From the NCBI RefSeq assembly GCF_006345805.1, contig NC_043006.1, forward strand, positions 96,348,001 through 96,412,000: a DNA stretch of 64,000 bases, written 5' to 3'. Within the stretch, counting starts at the first letter, position 1. The number at the start of each line of letters is the position of its first letter. The translations under genes and the position numbers were made by a program. The notes below the pieces were generated by a model. That model ran no database searches, was not told the DNA's origin, and saw only the letters and a list, made by a program, of their open reading frames with translations. Of the stretch, positions 13,341 through 25,610 are shown piece by piece. The stretch is from Octopus sinensis. Its lineage: Eukaryota.

Positions 13341-13939
13341 TCCTACTTCTGCCACAAAGAAGAGAAACCATTGTGTAACACAATATGGTGTGGTAAACTT
13401 TCAGACCCTAGTCTAGATTGCGAATCCTCTGTACCCCAGGATGTTTCAGTTCTCCATTCGTTAAAAGCCATTTACGGAATGAGGATAACAACGTAGCTTT
13501 CGCGCCCGTGCAACCGCCAGTATATCGCGTGTGGTGGTCGGGGGGTTTGAAGTTGCCACACCCATTCTTAGTAGCTTAGAGTAGGCTCGAATTAGAGATT
13601 ATTATTTGTGGCTAATGGCGTGAGTCCTGATTGGAAGAAGAAGAAGAAGAAGAAGAAGAAGAAGAAGACAACAGCAGCCACTGCAACAGGAACAGACACG
13701 TTTAGAACAAGAATTTTACAGAATGACCTGCAGGAAAGATTTAATTGCTACCGAAGCCACCCCCATAACAGCAGAGACAAAACCACAAAAATACTAATAG
13801 CTGCAGAAATGAAAACAAAAGTAATAGCGGCAGTATTTAGAGCAACAGCAGCTTTCATAGCCACAATGAAAGCAATAACACCGGCAGAAAATATAATAAT
13901 AACACTACATCAGACACAACATCAGCAACAATAGTTAGG

Positions 13940-14370
13940 CTTCCTTCACTGAAGTACCCTACAAACTGACCAAAAAGAGGTCGTCCTTCGATTCAAGACG
14001 ATAGACCTCCTTTCGAGAAGGGAAAACACTGCGCCCCTTCCTGAAACTCTAGCTGCAACTGCTTGGCAGACTGCTGTGTATCGCAGCTTTTCGTTAAAAT
14101 GAATTATCGCCTGAAAACAGCCATGAACGCACAAGAAGAAAGTGTCCTGCACGAAGTGGGGCAGGACATTCAGCATAAATCTAATGCAAACCAGCTCGTA
14201 GAGATCGAATTCCTATTTAAGACAGAGAAAATCGCATACAACACTTAGCGGTCACCGGCCGCAGCTATGCTGTCGCTCTCCTCAGTACATATGAGAGAAA
14301 AAGGACGATAAAATTAGCACTTCCAGGTTCCATCAGAGCTAGAAACTGTGGAGGATCGTGATACGTTTCC
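13940..14370 (+). pseudogene. Possible decayed L1/Tx1-type ORF1 relic
   Basis: Broken frames LVEIEFLFKTE and STYERKRTIKLALP loosely resemble LINE ORF1; many stops. Confidence 0.25.
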
Positions 14371-14615
14371 TAATAACATTTTACTTATGTTTAGGATTAA
14401 TTCTAAGGGTTATTTCTATAGAAAGGAATTACAATTCGTGCTGTCACCTATTCTTGATTAAAACAATGCATATTGATGGCAGGTGAGAAACGGGCGAATA
14501 TGCCAGAAGTCTGCTACGCAACTACAAGATTTTTGTTGTCTTTGTAAAATCTCAGAAAATAATTAAAAATTTACATTTTTTATTGGACAAATTCACATAT
14601 TGGACAAATGTCATT

Positions 14616-14968
14616 TTCTATAACCTCGGGCCCAGCCATACCGAGTAAGTGAATTTGATAGACGGAAACTGAACGAAGCGTGTTGTATGTATATGTATAT
14701 ATGAGTGTGTGTGTGTGTGTGTGTGTGTATGAGTCTGTGTGTATATATGTGTATGTGTTTTTTTATCTGTGTTTCTCCAACACTACCGTTTGACAACCGG
14801 TGCTGGTGTGTTTATGTCTTGTAACATAGCGGTCCAGTAAATTGGACCGATAGAATAAATGTCAGGCTTGAAAAACAAGAGCTAGGCTCGATTCATTCGA
14901 CTGAAGAATTTTCAGGGCGGTGCCCCAGCATGGCCGCTGTCTAATGTTTGAAAGAAATAAAAGATAAA
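14616..14968 (+). mobile_element. Degenerate SINE family A copy
   Basis: GACGGAAACTGAA, TTGACAACCGGTGCTGG and CCAGCATGGCCGC blocks. Confidence 0.7.
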
Positions 14969-15023
14969 AGATGTATAAATATATGTATGTATGAATGTAT
15001 TTATGTGTGTGTGTATGTGTGTG

Positions 15024-15079
<56 letters not shown>

Positions 15080-15261
15080 TTTATAGCTCCCAACATGGAA
15101 AGTAAATTTACTTCCATATGTGAAGGAGCGAAAGAGAAAAAATGGAAGTAAGAGGAGGAGACAACAATATGGAAGGCAAAGGTGACTCATGTATTAATAC
15201 GCGTTCAAATAAAATAGTACCGAAACCTATTTTGACGTCTATATCTTTCTAGCTAGCTATC

Positions 15262-15311
<50 letters not shown>

Positions 15312-15387
15312 TAAGGGTAGAAATCAATATTTATCAATTAAAACCTGTGGTCTAGCATATTAAAAAAGAATCCGAAGATTAAATATT

Positions 15388-15580
15388 TATATATACCAAT
15401 TAAGGACTGAACACGAAAAAGTAGACAGTCAACATGCTAGATATAGACGTCACATCGTCATTCTCCACAATAGATTATGTTCTCTTGATCTGAGAACATA
15501 ATCTTTTATGGAGAATGGCGATTTGACGTCTATATCTAGCATGTTGACTGTCTACTTTTTCGTGTTCAGTCCTTAATTGG

Positions 15581-15588
<8 letters not shown>
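15388..15588. repeat. Fold-back hairpin, about 97-bp arms, 7-nt loop
   Basis: 15396 pairs with 15580 and 15484 with 15492; four mismatches, all within about 35 bp of the loop. Confidence 0.95.
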
Positions 15589-15611
<23 letters not shown>

Positions 15612-15932
15612 GTGTGTGTGATGCTCTTCGTGTGATGATAGCTTTGTCTCTTTACCGCCATTATCGGTCCTTTTTTTTTTTCGGTCATCCATATTCTCTC
15701 ACTCTTACATACACCAGAAAATTACACACCAAACGAGGCACCACGAAAAAGACCTTCACATCTACGAGTTAGCATTTGTTATGTTCTCTCTATTTACGTA
15801 CATTCTCGCATACGGACATAACTATATACGCATAAAATAGACATCCACACGTTTTATGCAATAAATACACACAAACACATACACACACACACATAAACAT
15901 AGACATAAATCCATGTATATATATATATACAC

Positions 15933-16036
<104 letters not shown>

Positions 16037-16064
16037 GAGAAAGAAGCAACAAGAATGGATAGGT

Positions 16065-16155
16065 TTTTAGTACGATCGTTTCATACAAGGACAGGTTTTA
16101 TTAAAAGTTGCAAAGATTACAGCATATAAACGAGTCCCGTACTCATCAGCTAAAA
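16065..16155 (-). ncRNA. Type I hammerhead ribozyme (left arm)
   Basis: Inverted copy of 16579-16669. Confidence 0.75.
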
Positions 16156-16578
16156 TACATGTAAGTTCTCTAGACATCCTAGTGTTTGAGGCTATACTCA
16201 TGAAGTAATGTAGATAATTAAACAGATTTCTAAAGTTCATTAAAGTTCTTTAAAGATGATGTACAGTCTTATCACAGAATTTTAAAAAAGTTTCTAACCT
16301 CTGTAATGCTAATAAGCAGGAATTGAGACCCACCTCGTTGTAATTAACAATGGATAAATTTGTCTTCTGTGAGTATATAATCCCTCATCATATCTATGGA
16401 AATTCATATGGATTAGGTCACCTTCTCTGTGATGCTATCAAAACTTTTTTAAAATTCTGTGATAAGACTGTACATCATCTTTAAAGAACTTTAATGAACT
16501 TTAGAAATCTGTTTAATTATCTACATTACTTCATGAGTATAGCCTCAAACACTAGGATGTCTAGAGAACTTACATGTA

Positions 16579-16669
16579 TTTTAGCTGATGAGTACGGGAC
16601 TCGTTTATATGCTGTAATCTTTGCAACTTTTAATAAAACCTGTCCTTGTATGAAACGATCGTACTAAAA
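16579..16669 (+). ncRNA. Type I hammerhead ribozyme (right arm), canonical core
   Basis: Stem I UUUUAG/CUAAAA, CUGAUGA 16585-16591, stem II GUACGGGAC/GUCCUUGUAU, GAAA 16652-16655, palindrome ACGAUCGU, GUA site (cleavage after 16663). Confidence 0.78.
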
Positions 16670-16822
16670 ACCTATCCATTCTTGTTGCTTCTTTCTCGCT
16701 TATAATCACCCCACATTACTGTATTGTTAAATCAGTATAGTTTTTTTTGGTGCATCTAAGTTAGGTACCATATTCAAGTAAATTCTTTTAAATTAACTTG
16801 AATCTTTATTGCTCTTTGTATA

Positions 16823-16872
<50 letters not shown>

Positions 16873-16996
16873 CGTATATATATATATATATATGTAGAGA
16901 GAGAGAGAGAGAGAGAGAGTTAGAAACATTAAGTGTATGCGCATTATATATATAGAGAGATGTAGATATATATATATCATATATATATATATGTAT

Positions 16997-17036
<40 letters not shown>

Positions 17037-18208
17037 TATATATGTATATACACACACATATATGTATATATACGCATAAATACAAATATAAATACATAGT
17101 CAAATTGGTACATACGTAAATAAATATACTCAAGTATACGCATACATAAATGTACGCATGCGCATATATACACGGACAGGTGTATTCACACACAAGCAGG
17201 CATGCGTACATACGTACACGCGAATATTCGCAGATACATAATAGAAACGAAAACAACAGATGAAATCGCATACAAAACCCAATCGTAACAAAATGGCTCC
17301 TATCTTGCTCTTGTACTTGTATCTGCCATTTTGACGCGCTTTGTGTGAAAACGAATCGTTTGACTAAAGATAATGACTAAATACCGATATGTTATGTTAG
17401 AGAGTTAGCATTAAAGCCGTGTGTTTACCTGCAAAGAAACAGTACTGCCTAAACTTTGCACATGCTAACAACTGTAAATTAAATTTAGTCGTTTACCTTA
17501 TTGCAAAGATGGCGAGCTGTTTGTACTGATGAAAGAGGTCAATGCGAGTGCTTAGTGCCTTAAAACCAATGTTTTACGTACGCTGACTCCCTTTGAAGCA
17601 AAAAAGGTAGTTCATCTAAAACAGGGTAAACTCTGTCTTCCATGAGAAAGGCAACGGAATAAACCCTGCGAAATTATCCGGTGTTGTAGTCCCCAAGGCA
17701 GTTCAGCGTTGTCGTCAACGTTGCTCTACATTCTGTGACCGTGCTGGTGCTATTCTTTACTGGTCCTTGCTCTTCCCTTGGACATGAGGGGCGTAGAGAG
17801 GGGAGATTTTTTGCATTGGCCACTACAAGTTACAAAGACGTTTGTCTGCGTTTTAAAAGCAATGTTTTAGGTATAGAGAACTCATCAACTAAGGAAGGTA
17901 ATTCATTTAAAAGTGGGCAAACTCTGACTTCAAACCATTACTACCTTGGGGTAATATCTATCCATGTGAAATGCTTCGGCACTAAACTCTGACAAAATAA
18001 ATGAAGCTGAGGTCCCTAAGGAATTCCAACTTTGCTTTCAATATTTATTCTGGCAATTCCTGTCACAACCCTGGGGCCAATCTCTATTTACCATTGAACA
18101 ACGTTAAGGAAGTGGAGTGCGAAGATTTGATGTATGGGTAACTGCTACTCTCCTTATTATATCTGCCTAGACCAGCACTTCTAAAGGAAACACTCCAGCA
18201 TCGTCTCC

Positions 18209-18353
18209 CCATTTTGCTCGGTGCGTTAAAGATTGTCACGTGACCATTTTGCTCGGTACGTTAACGATTGTCACGTGGCCATTTTACCTGGCGCGCGAAC
18301 GATTCTATCACGTGACCATTTTGTCCGGCGCGCTAACGATTCTATCACGATGA
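18209..18353. repeat. Four 35-38-bp tandem units containing CACGTG
   Basis: Unit CCATTTTG..CGG.GCG.TAACGATT.T(A)TCACGTGA; resembles the reverse complement of the SINE B head. Confidence 0.85.
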
Positions 18354-18716
18354 CATTCCTGTGATTACATTGCAGTGAGACAGAGGGCTTGATTTTGCTT
18401 GGCTGACCCCAGGATAGCCTTGATTGCATAGAACGACATTCATAAATGTCCCTGCAGCCTGACCTACAACCGCTTCTGTTGGGCATATTATATCAACGAC
18501 TTTACAGTCGAATTACGCATTCATTCGTTTTTGTTGTTGTTGTAGTTGTTGTTTTGGAAGTACATATAAGACGTGTGAATAATTCTCTTATGCCGCTTAT
18601 ATGTGTATATTCGTGTGTATGCATGTGTGTGCATACACACACACGATTATATATAGGCTGCAGCAGAAAGGTTGACCCGATTTCAAAGTTTAATAAAAAA
18701 AAAACTAAACAAATAT

Positions 18717-19157
18717 AGGCGCAGGAGTGGCTGTGCGGTAAGTAGCTTACTAACCAACCACATGGTTCCGGGTTCAGTCCCACTGCGTGGCATCTTGGGC
18801 AAGTGTCTTCTGCTATAGCCCCGGGCCGACCAATGCCTTCTGAGTGGATTTGGTAGACGGAAACTGAAAGCAGCCTGTCGTATATATGTATATATATATA
18901 TATATATATGCAAGGGTGTGTTTGTGTGTCTGTGTTTGTCCCCCTATCATTGCTTGACAACCGATGCTGGTGTGTTTACGTCCCCGTCACTTAGCGGTTC
19001 GGCAAAAGAGTCCGATAGAATAAGTACTGGGCTTACAAAGAATAAGTCCCGGGGTCGATTTGCTCGACTAAAGGCGGTGCTCCAGCATGGCCGCAGTCAA
19101 ATGACTGAAACAAGTAAAAGAGTAAAAGAGTAAAAGAGTAAAAGAGTAAAAGAGTAA
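18717..19157 (+). mobile_element. SINE family A, intact copy with (AGTAAAAG)n tail
   Basis: GGCGCAGGAGTGGCTGTGCGGTAAG head through GACTGAAACAAGTAAAAGAG tail. Confidence 0.9.
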
Positions 19158-19569
19158 ATGCCTGAAGAAACTTTGTATTTCTACGAAGTTCATTAGAAGC
19201 CATTTTATCGGTTTCATAGCCTGGAGTGGAGAGCATCGATTTTTTTGTCCTTGTATCTTCGTGTGTTTGTTTTTTTAATTAACCTTTGAAATCGGAGCAA
19301 TCTTTCAGCCGCATCTTGTGTACAGGTATATGTGATTTGGAAGTTTCGGCCTGCTAAGCCATCATTGAGATACCAGATGAATTCACCTTGCGACAGGAAA
19401 CACAAGCAAGAGCAGCTCTGTCCAACTAGCCATTTCACCAGAAACAATTCCAAAGGGAAACCCGGATGTGAACGGGAAACAAAAACCTCGTCATACTAAA
19501 GGCGATGACCTAGCATGGACTCAACCTCAGGCTGAAAACAGTAATGTCAAATTTACAAAGTATGTTTAA

Positions 19570-20020
<451 letters not shown>

Positions 20021-20239
20021 TTCTGTATATATATAAACTGAATTTGACCTCTTGTTAAGAACGACACTTCGTTAGACCCAAAACATCATAGCACTCGTCT
20101 CCCTTTGGCATATAAATCTATCTAAACTCATGAATTTCTCTGTAGAATTCCTGTTAGTACAGACTTCACCCCTGTCTTCCCCAGATATACACACATGTGC
20201 CATATAAATAAATGTATGCACGTATGTGTATATACATAC

Positions 20240-20273
<34 letters not shown>

Positions 20274-20761
20274 GAATGTATATATGCATGTTTATATACT
20301 TATATACATGCTAGAGTGTGTAAATATGTATTCATATAGAATTTGATATGATATATTACACGCAGATTGTAGACACCCTCAAAGAATTCTGAACCAGAAA
20401 TCTACAGAGATCAATTGTGTATACATAACGCTGCAGATTCAATTACCTGCTCTTACCCATCTCTACTATATCTGTAATATATTTTCTTTTTATATTTAAC
20501 GATTGTATATCATGTTTTAGAAAACAAATATCAATGTATTTACCAGGCTGCTGCATACGACAATACCCCGATTTCTGCTAATATTGAGTATGTATTCTGT
20601 TCTGTTCTATTCTATTGTAGAGTATAATAGGATATTATTCTGGTGCAAGCATAATCTGCCAATTCTATTCCTCACTGAATTTTAGACGGAATTCGTCGTT
20701 AGCCAAAAATGATGCATGGAAAGAATAATAGAATATGAATGTGTGTATGTATGTATACGGG

Positions 20762-20801
<40 letters not shown>

Positions 20802-20802
20802 G

Positions 20803-20833
<31 letters not shown>

Positions 20834-20990
20834 ATGTATATATGTATATATATGGTAACTGCATGACTAGTGATACAAAAGAGTATGACCAGGTAGATGT
20901 TTCGCGCCCCGCGAGAACCATTCATACAAGAAGAAGAAGAAGAAGAAGAAGAAGAAGAAGAAGAAGAAGAAGAAGAAGAAGAAGAAGAAG

Positions 20991-21022
<32 letters not shown>

Positions 21023-21039
21023 GGATGATTATGGTGATG

Positions 21040-21360
21040 ATGATGATGATTTCGTTTATTTGCCACAATGGCGAAGGATGAGGGGACAATACAAAGGCAG
21101 TGTTGAGGTTTACATATAATGAAATGTTAAAAAAAATGATACAAAAAAAGTATACACTGGAAAATAAGTGACATGCGCATAGCATACAAAGGTTTAAAAA
21201 TAATAATAATAAACGTAGTAAAAAAATGGGGAGAGGATGATAGAGATGTGGCCCTCCTGATACAAGAAGGCCACTAGGGATCATCGAGGAACCCTACTGT
21301 TCGAAATTTCCCTGAAACCCCAAGAACGTCGTCGCACTTCCCCGCCACTAATCCTCTATA
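21040..21360 (-). mobile_element. Probable 3' end of a non-LTR retrotransposon
   Basis: On minus, a T-rich UTR ends GGCAAATAAACGAA and runs into an (ATC)n then (TTC)n tail; no diagnostic protein motif. Confidence 0.3.
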
Positions 21361-21853
21361 AATTTCTAAAGCAGAACATCCACCGATCCCATTGCCCGAC
21401 TGATAGAGGGTTGTGTGATAATAATAATAGTAATAATTATAATGATATATCTAAAAGCACCACCTCTACCGTTCATGTTCAGAACCATCAACATACCACT
21501 CAGATCTAGGAACAATGCTCGTATTTCAAGATTCAAAGATTTCCGGAACATAACAGCCACTATGCCACCCGAATCCGACAAACCCCAAGATGAGAAAAAC
21601 CTTGTAAATGTCGATTTTGCACCATTCGATCGTCGCATCTTGAGATTTACATTCTGCCTAATGGTATCTTCCACATAATCCCTTCCAATATTGGGTTTAT
21701 TTTGCCCCGTTTATAAATTTGGTCCTGTAGTTAAACTGCTTAAGTCCGATGGTATGGTTGCCCCCTGAAGAACGTACATGGGTTCTTTGTGCGTGAGCTA
21801 TACACGTGAGGTTGTCATAAAAAAACTATTCATATATATATATATATATATAT

Positions 21854-22133
21854 AATTGCAGCGTGGAAGGTGTTTGTAAGCCATTTAAGAAACACACAAA
21901 AGCCGTTCGATTCACTTCAACATTTAAGTTTAATTTGTCAAAATATTTTCGTCGCTATAAGACCACGACCTGTTCAGTGACAAAAATCCGTGATGCAGCA
22001 CGGATTTTTTGTCAGTGAACAGGTCGCGGATTTTAGCGACGAAAATATTTTGACAAATTAAACTTAAATGTTGAAGTGAATCGAACGGCTTTTGTGTGTT
22101 TCTTAAATGGCTTACAAACACCTTCCACGCTGC

Positions 22134-22137
<4 letters not shown>
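21854..22137. mobile_element. Spacerless palindromic PLE-like element in (AT)n, about 142-bp arms
   Basis: 21854 pairs with 22137; centre GTGATGCAGCAC; (AT)n on both flanks. Confidence 0.85.
22008..22057 (+). ncRNA. Hammerhead variant with G3-C8 core
   Basis: Stem I UUUGUCA/UGACAAA, core GUGAACA, extra G, stem II GUCGC/GCGAC, GAAA, AAUAUU palindrome, UUU site. Confidence 0.65.
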
Positions 22138-22208
<71 letters not shown>

Positions 22209-22215
<7 letters not shown>

Positions 22216-22722
22216 ATGAGGATAAAATTTCTTTCGAAAAAAATTTTATCAATGGCCAGCATATCAAAAAATACCTTTAAAGGTTAAATTAATAAACAAT
22301 TCATAAATGGGGGCAAAGGAAAAATTTCTAATGCCAAATATGCCGAAAAATTGGACATATTGTCCATTAACCATATAATTTTTTCACAAAACGCACGCTA
22401 CTCGAAAAAAGGTCGACAGAAATTTCTAAAAAATTCCATTATTACCATATCGGACCGATTTCAGAGTTAGCTACTAAGAGCCCTCTCTTCGTCAGTGATA
22501 CATGTGGCAGAAGAAATAAATGAGATACTTACTCGTACCCATGGAGGAAGCAAACACTAAGTCATGAGCACAACTAAGTACCCCAAATACATCCAAAATA
22601 GAAATACTCCAGCCCATTCAAGACACGTGCGATTTCAATTGAGGCTCTCACAGAGTGAGATAGTCCGGAAGTGAACGCTTAAATTTATATTTAATGAGGA
22701 TAAAATTTCTTTCGAAAAAAAT
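22209..22722 (-). mobile_element. PLE pLTR / retrozyme-like unit, 478-bp monomer with 36-bp terminal redundancy
   Basis: ATATTTAATGAGGATAAAATTTCTTTCGAAAAAAAT at 22209-22244 and 22687-22722; homologous to 50711-51045. Confidence 0.7.
22448..22500 (-). ncRNA. Type I hammerhead ribozyme
   Basis: CUGACGA, stem II AGAG/CUCU, GAAA, UCGG, GUC site, stem I UAUC/GAUA with an A-C mismatch at its base. Confidence 0.7.
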
Positions 22723-22731
22723 ATTGTTTTG

Positions 22732-22759
<28 letters not shown>

Positions 22760-22764
<5 letters not shown>

Positions 22765-22935
22765 ATGCATATGTACACGCGACAGGCTTCTTTTAATTTC
22801 TGTCAACCAAATTCAGTCACAAGGATTTGGTCGAAGCTCTAGTAGTAGATACTTGCCCAAGGTTACAAGCAATGGGACAGAACACAGGACCATGTGGTTG
22901 GCAAACAAACTTACCACTCAGACACTCCTACGCCG
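22760..22935 (-). mobile_element. SINE family A 5' half, degenerate
   Basis: CTTGCCCAAGG and CCATGTGGTTGG blocks. Confidence 0.6.
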
Positions 22936-23525
22936 ATATATGTGTGTGTGTGAGTGACAGACAGAGAGTGTGGGTATGTACGTATGTGCGGTGTCTACGC
23001 GCGTGTTCGTGTGTGTGCGTGTGTGTGTATGCGAGTGAGTGAATGTGTGTGTGTGTGAGCGTCTGTGTGTGTGTGTGTGTGTGTGATTTTGTGTGTGTGT
23101 GTGTGTGTGAGTGAGTGTGTGTGCGAGCGGGTGTGCGTGTGTGTATGAGTGTGTGAGTGATTATGTGCGTGGGCGTGAGTTAGCGAGTGAGTGATTGTGT
23201 GTGTGTGTGTGTGTGTGAGTGCCCGCTATACCATTATTCCATTCCTGTTTTTCCATGATAAGCAAAATTCCTTTTTATTTTCTGGGTTTTTTTTTCTCCC
23301 TCCAGAGAAATATCACGAAAACGTAATTAATATTCGTTAATCCTTTAAAAGTAAAATTTCATGACAGCCAAAAATATAAGGAATTGGCAAATCTCAGCAA
23401 TCTCTCAGCAACCGATGACATCAGCTTTGCCTGATAGAATCGGTAGATCATCGGACTGAACGATTTTTGTGGTACGGCCAGATACTATCTATTTTCAGTC
23501 CTGACCAGGTTTATTTCTGTCATTT

Positions 23526-23920
23526 ATGAATCATCATCATCATCATCATCATCATTATCATAATCATCATCATCATCATCAACATCATCACCATCAAATC
23601 ATCATCATCATTATCATCATCATCATCATCATCATCATTATCACCATCATCATCATCATCATCATCAACATCATCACCATCAAATCATCATCATCATCAT
23701 CATCGTCATCATCATCATCATCATCATCATCATCGTCATCATCATCATCATCAGCATCAGTATCATCATCACCACCTTCATCATCTTCATTACCAGCATG
23801 ATCACTATCATCATCATCATCATTGCCATCATCACCATCATCTTTACTACCATCATCATCATAATCGTCCTCAGCATAATTGTCATCATCATCAAAATCG
23901 TTGTCATCATCATCATCATC
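23526..23920. repeat. Long imperfect (ATC)n tract
   Basis: Direct reading. Confidence 0.95.
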
Positions 23921-24289
23921 AGACCCTTTGACATAACCTTTTCAAGTCCCGGGACGCCTAGGGCCGGTTGCTCGGTCGCCCGGTTTCCATGTCGTTTAAG
24001 TGACCGAATTCACCTCATCCTCCCTGAACGACACACGAGGCTCACTCGTTTACAGTTGAGCGCAATGGAACAACGTAGCCGAAGTGTTTCGCACAAGGAC
24101 ACAACGCACCATTATCTTGTACTCATAGGTGACCACCACAACGAACAGGTTACGCCCCTTTACTCATTTATCGTTCATGCATCATTAAAAATTGATGGAA
24201 ATTGTGTATATCCATACCCGCATATTTCCTAGTTCTATCTCTGTGTGAAAAATTCCTGTTTTCTTATTAAGAAGTATTTGTAATGTTTC

Positions 24290-24730
24290 TAGCGAAGGTA
24301 CATTATTTACATTTGACGGATATTTGTCCTCATCTTGTTTATTGTTAACACAACGTTTCGGCTGATATACATCAGGTGTCTCGGGGAAATTTCGAATCCG
24401 GGTTCTCACTTTCGATGTTGTTGTTGTTGTTGTTATTATTATTATTATTAAGGTCATTGCCTGGAATCGAACTCGGAATCATGGAGCTACTAATCATGGT
24501 GTTAGTAGCCCGCGCTCTTAACCACTACGCCATATGCCCGTGGGTAATTATGGTGTGAACTTTAGGGCTTATAAATCTAATATTTTCCTATCCTTCCTAA
24601 ATATCGGTTCCCATATGCTGCTCATATCTGCACTCGGTCTGCTTAGGAGGTTGTTGTGTCCTAGCATATGTGCTACTTCTTTCAGTTTTCGTATTTTCTG
24701 TTTATTATTTTAATTTCATCCCACAGGGGG
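24290..24730 (-). mobile_element. 3' end of a Penelope-like element: ORF end, tRNA-like segment, broken hammerhead, tail
   Basis: A box at 24522-24532, B box at 24463-24472; hammerhead 24347-24380 lacks about 12 nt of stem II relative to the 3918 copy. Confidence 0.75.
24569..24729 (-). pseudogene. C-terminal fragment of a PLE GIY-YIG endonuclease domain
   Basis: PLWDEIKIINR / (frameshift) KIRKLKEVAHMLGHNNLLSRPSADMSSIWEPIFRKDRKILDL*, resembling the R..KE..H region of Penelope endonucleases. Confidence 0.65.
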
Positions 24731-24732
24731 AG

Positions 24733-24836
24733 GTGTTAACAACAAGCAAGATGAGGACAAATACCGGTCAAATATAAATAATGTAAATAATGTAAATAAT
24801 GTACATAATTCCTCATCTCTTAAATATAGAACTGTT
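24733..24836 (+). mobile_element. Inverted pLTR fragment starting at the hammerhead cleavage site
   Basis: GTGTTAACAACAAGCAAGATGAGGACAAATA matches the sequence 3' of GUU in the family; upstream GGGGGAG does not match GAAACGTT. Confidence 0.7.
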
Positions 24837-25103
24837 TCTATCGAGGGTTCTTGCTAGAAACAAGCTCCCTTTACTGCATTAGTTGTTACCATCTCTGTTG
24901 CTGTTGTTGTTGTTCTCTTCTCTCGTTCACTATCTTTCCAGCTCTACTGAAAAGAAAACCTTCACGTTCTCTCTATTGGGCTTACTCTGAGTTAGTAATA
25001 TGGTTGAGAGGTATCAGGACCTGGACGTCTTACAGACTGCATCTTAACTCGGGTCATATTCACGCCACCATCTACCCCTATGGGTTACGTTATCACCAAT
25101 GTC

Positions 25104-25432
25104 TTTCTTCTCCCGCTCTTTTCTTAGGTACAACCCAGAGATAGCCTTGTGATTATCTGGGTTACCAGGAAATGGAGGTCCTCCACGCTCACCTCATGGC
25201 CGTGCTGTTGCACTAAGCTAAGCACAAACCCAAATCTAAAAGCCGTCCCAAAATATCTAACAGTAATTCTTACATTCATAAAACATGTACTTCGATGCCA
25301 GACTATTAAAATATTTGTTATGCATCAGTTCCTAATTTCTCTTTGCTTGATCAGGTCTTGTTCTACGTCTTGACTCGGTTGAAAGAACACAAATTTTGCA
25401 CCCTTCGGCCATGGCTCACACTCTTTCTCTTT

Positions 25433-25469
<37 letters not shown>

Positions 25470-25610
25470 TCATACACACTTCTTTTTCTTCATCTATCTA
25501 TCCCTTTCTCCTTCTCCCTCATTCTCTCTCCTCCTCTGTTTCTCTCACTCTTTTACTCTTCTTCCTCACTTTCCCTCTCTTCACCTCTTTCTCTTTATCT
25601 CTTTCTCTTT
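25104..25610. repeat. Direct repeat, copy 1 (about 500 bp; partner at 26949-27465)
   Basis: Near-identical first 330 bp, offset 1845 bp, continuing into a shared CT-rich tract. Confidence 0.9.

Noticed and set aside
18209-18353. CRISPR-like array of about 35-bp repeats
   Set aside because: Units are contiguous with no unique spacers, there are no cas genes, and the context is eukaryotic
21760-21820. CTGAAGA followed by a 6-bp hairpin
   Set aside because: GAAA is replaced by GAGC and no stem I or III is in register; at most a dead remnant
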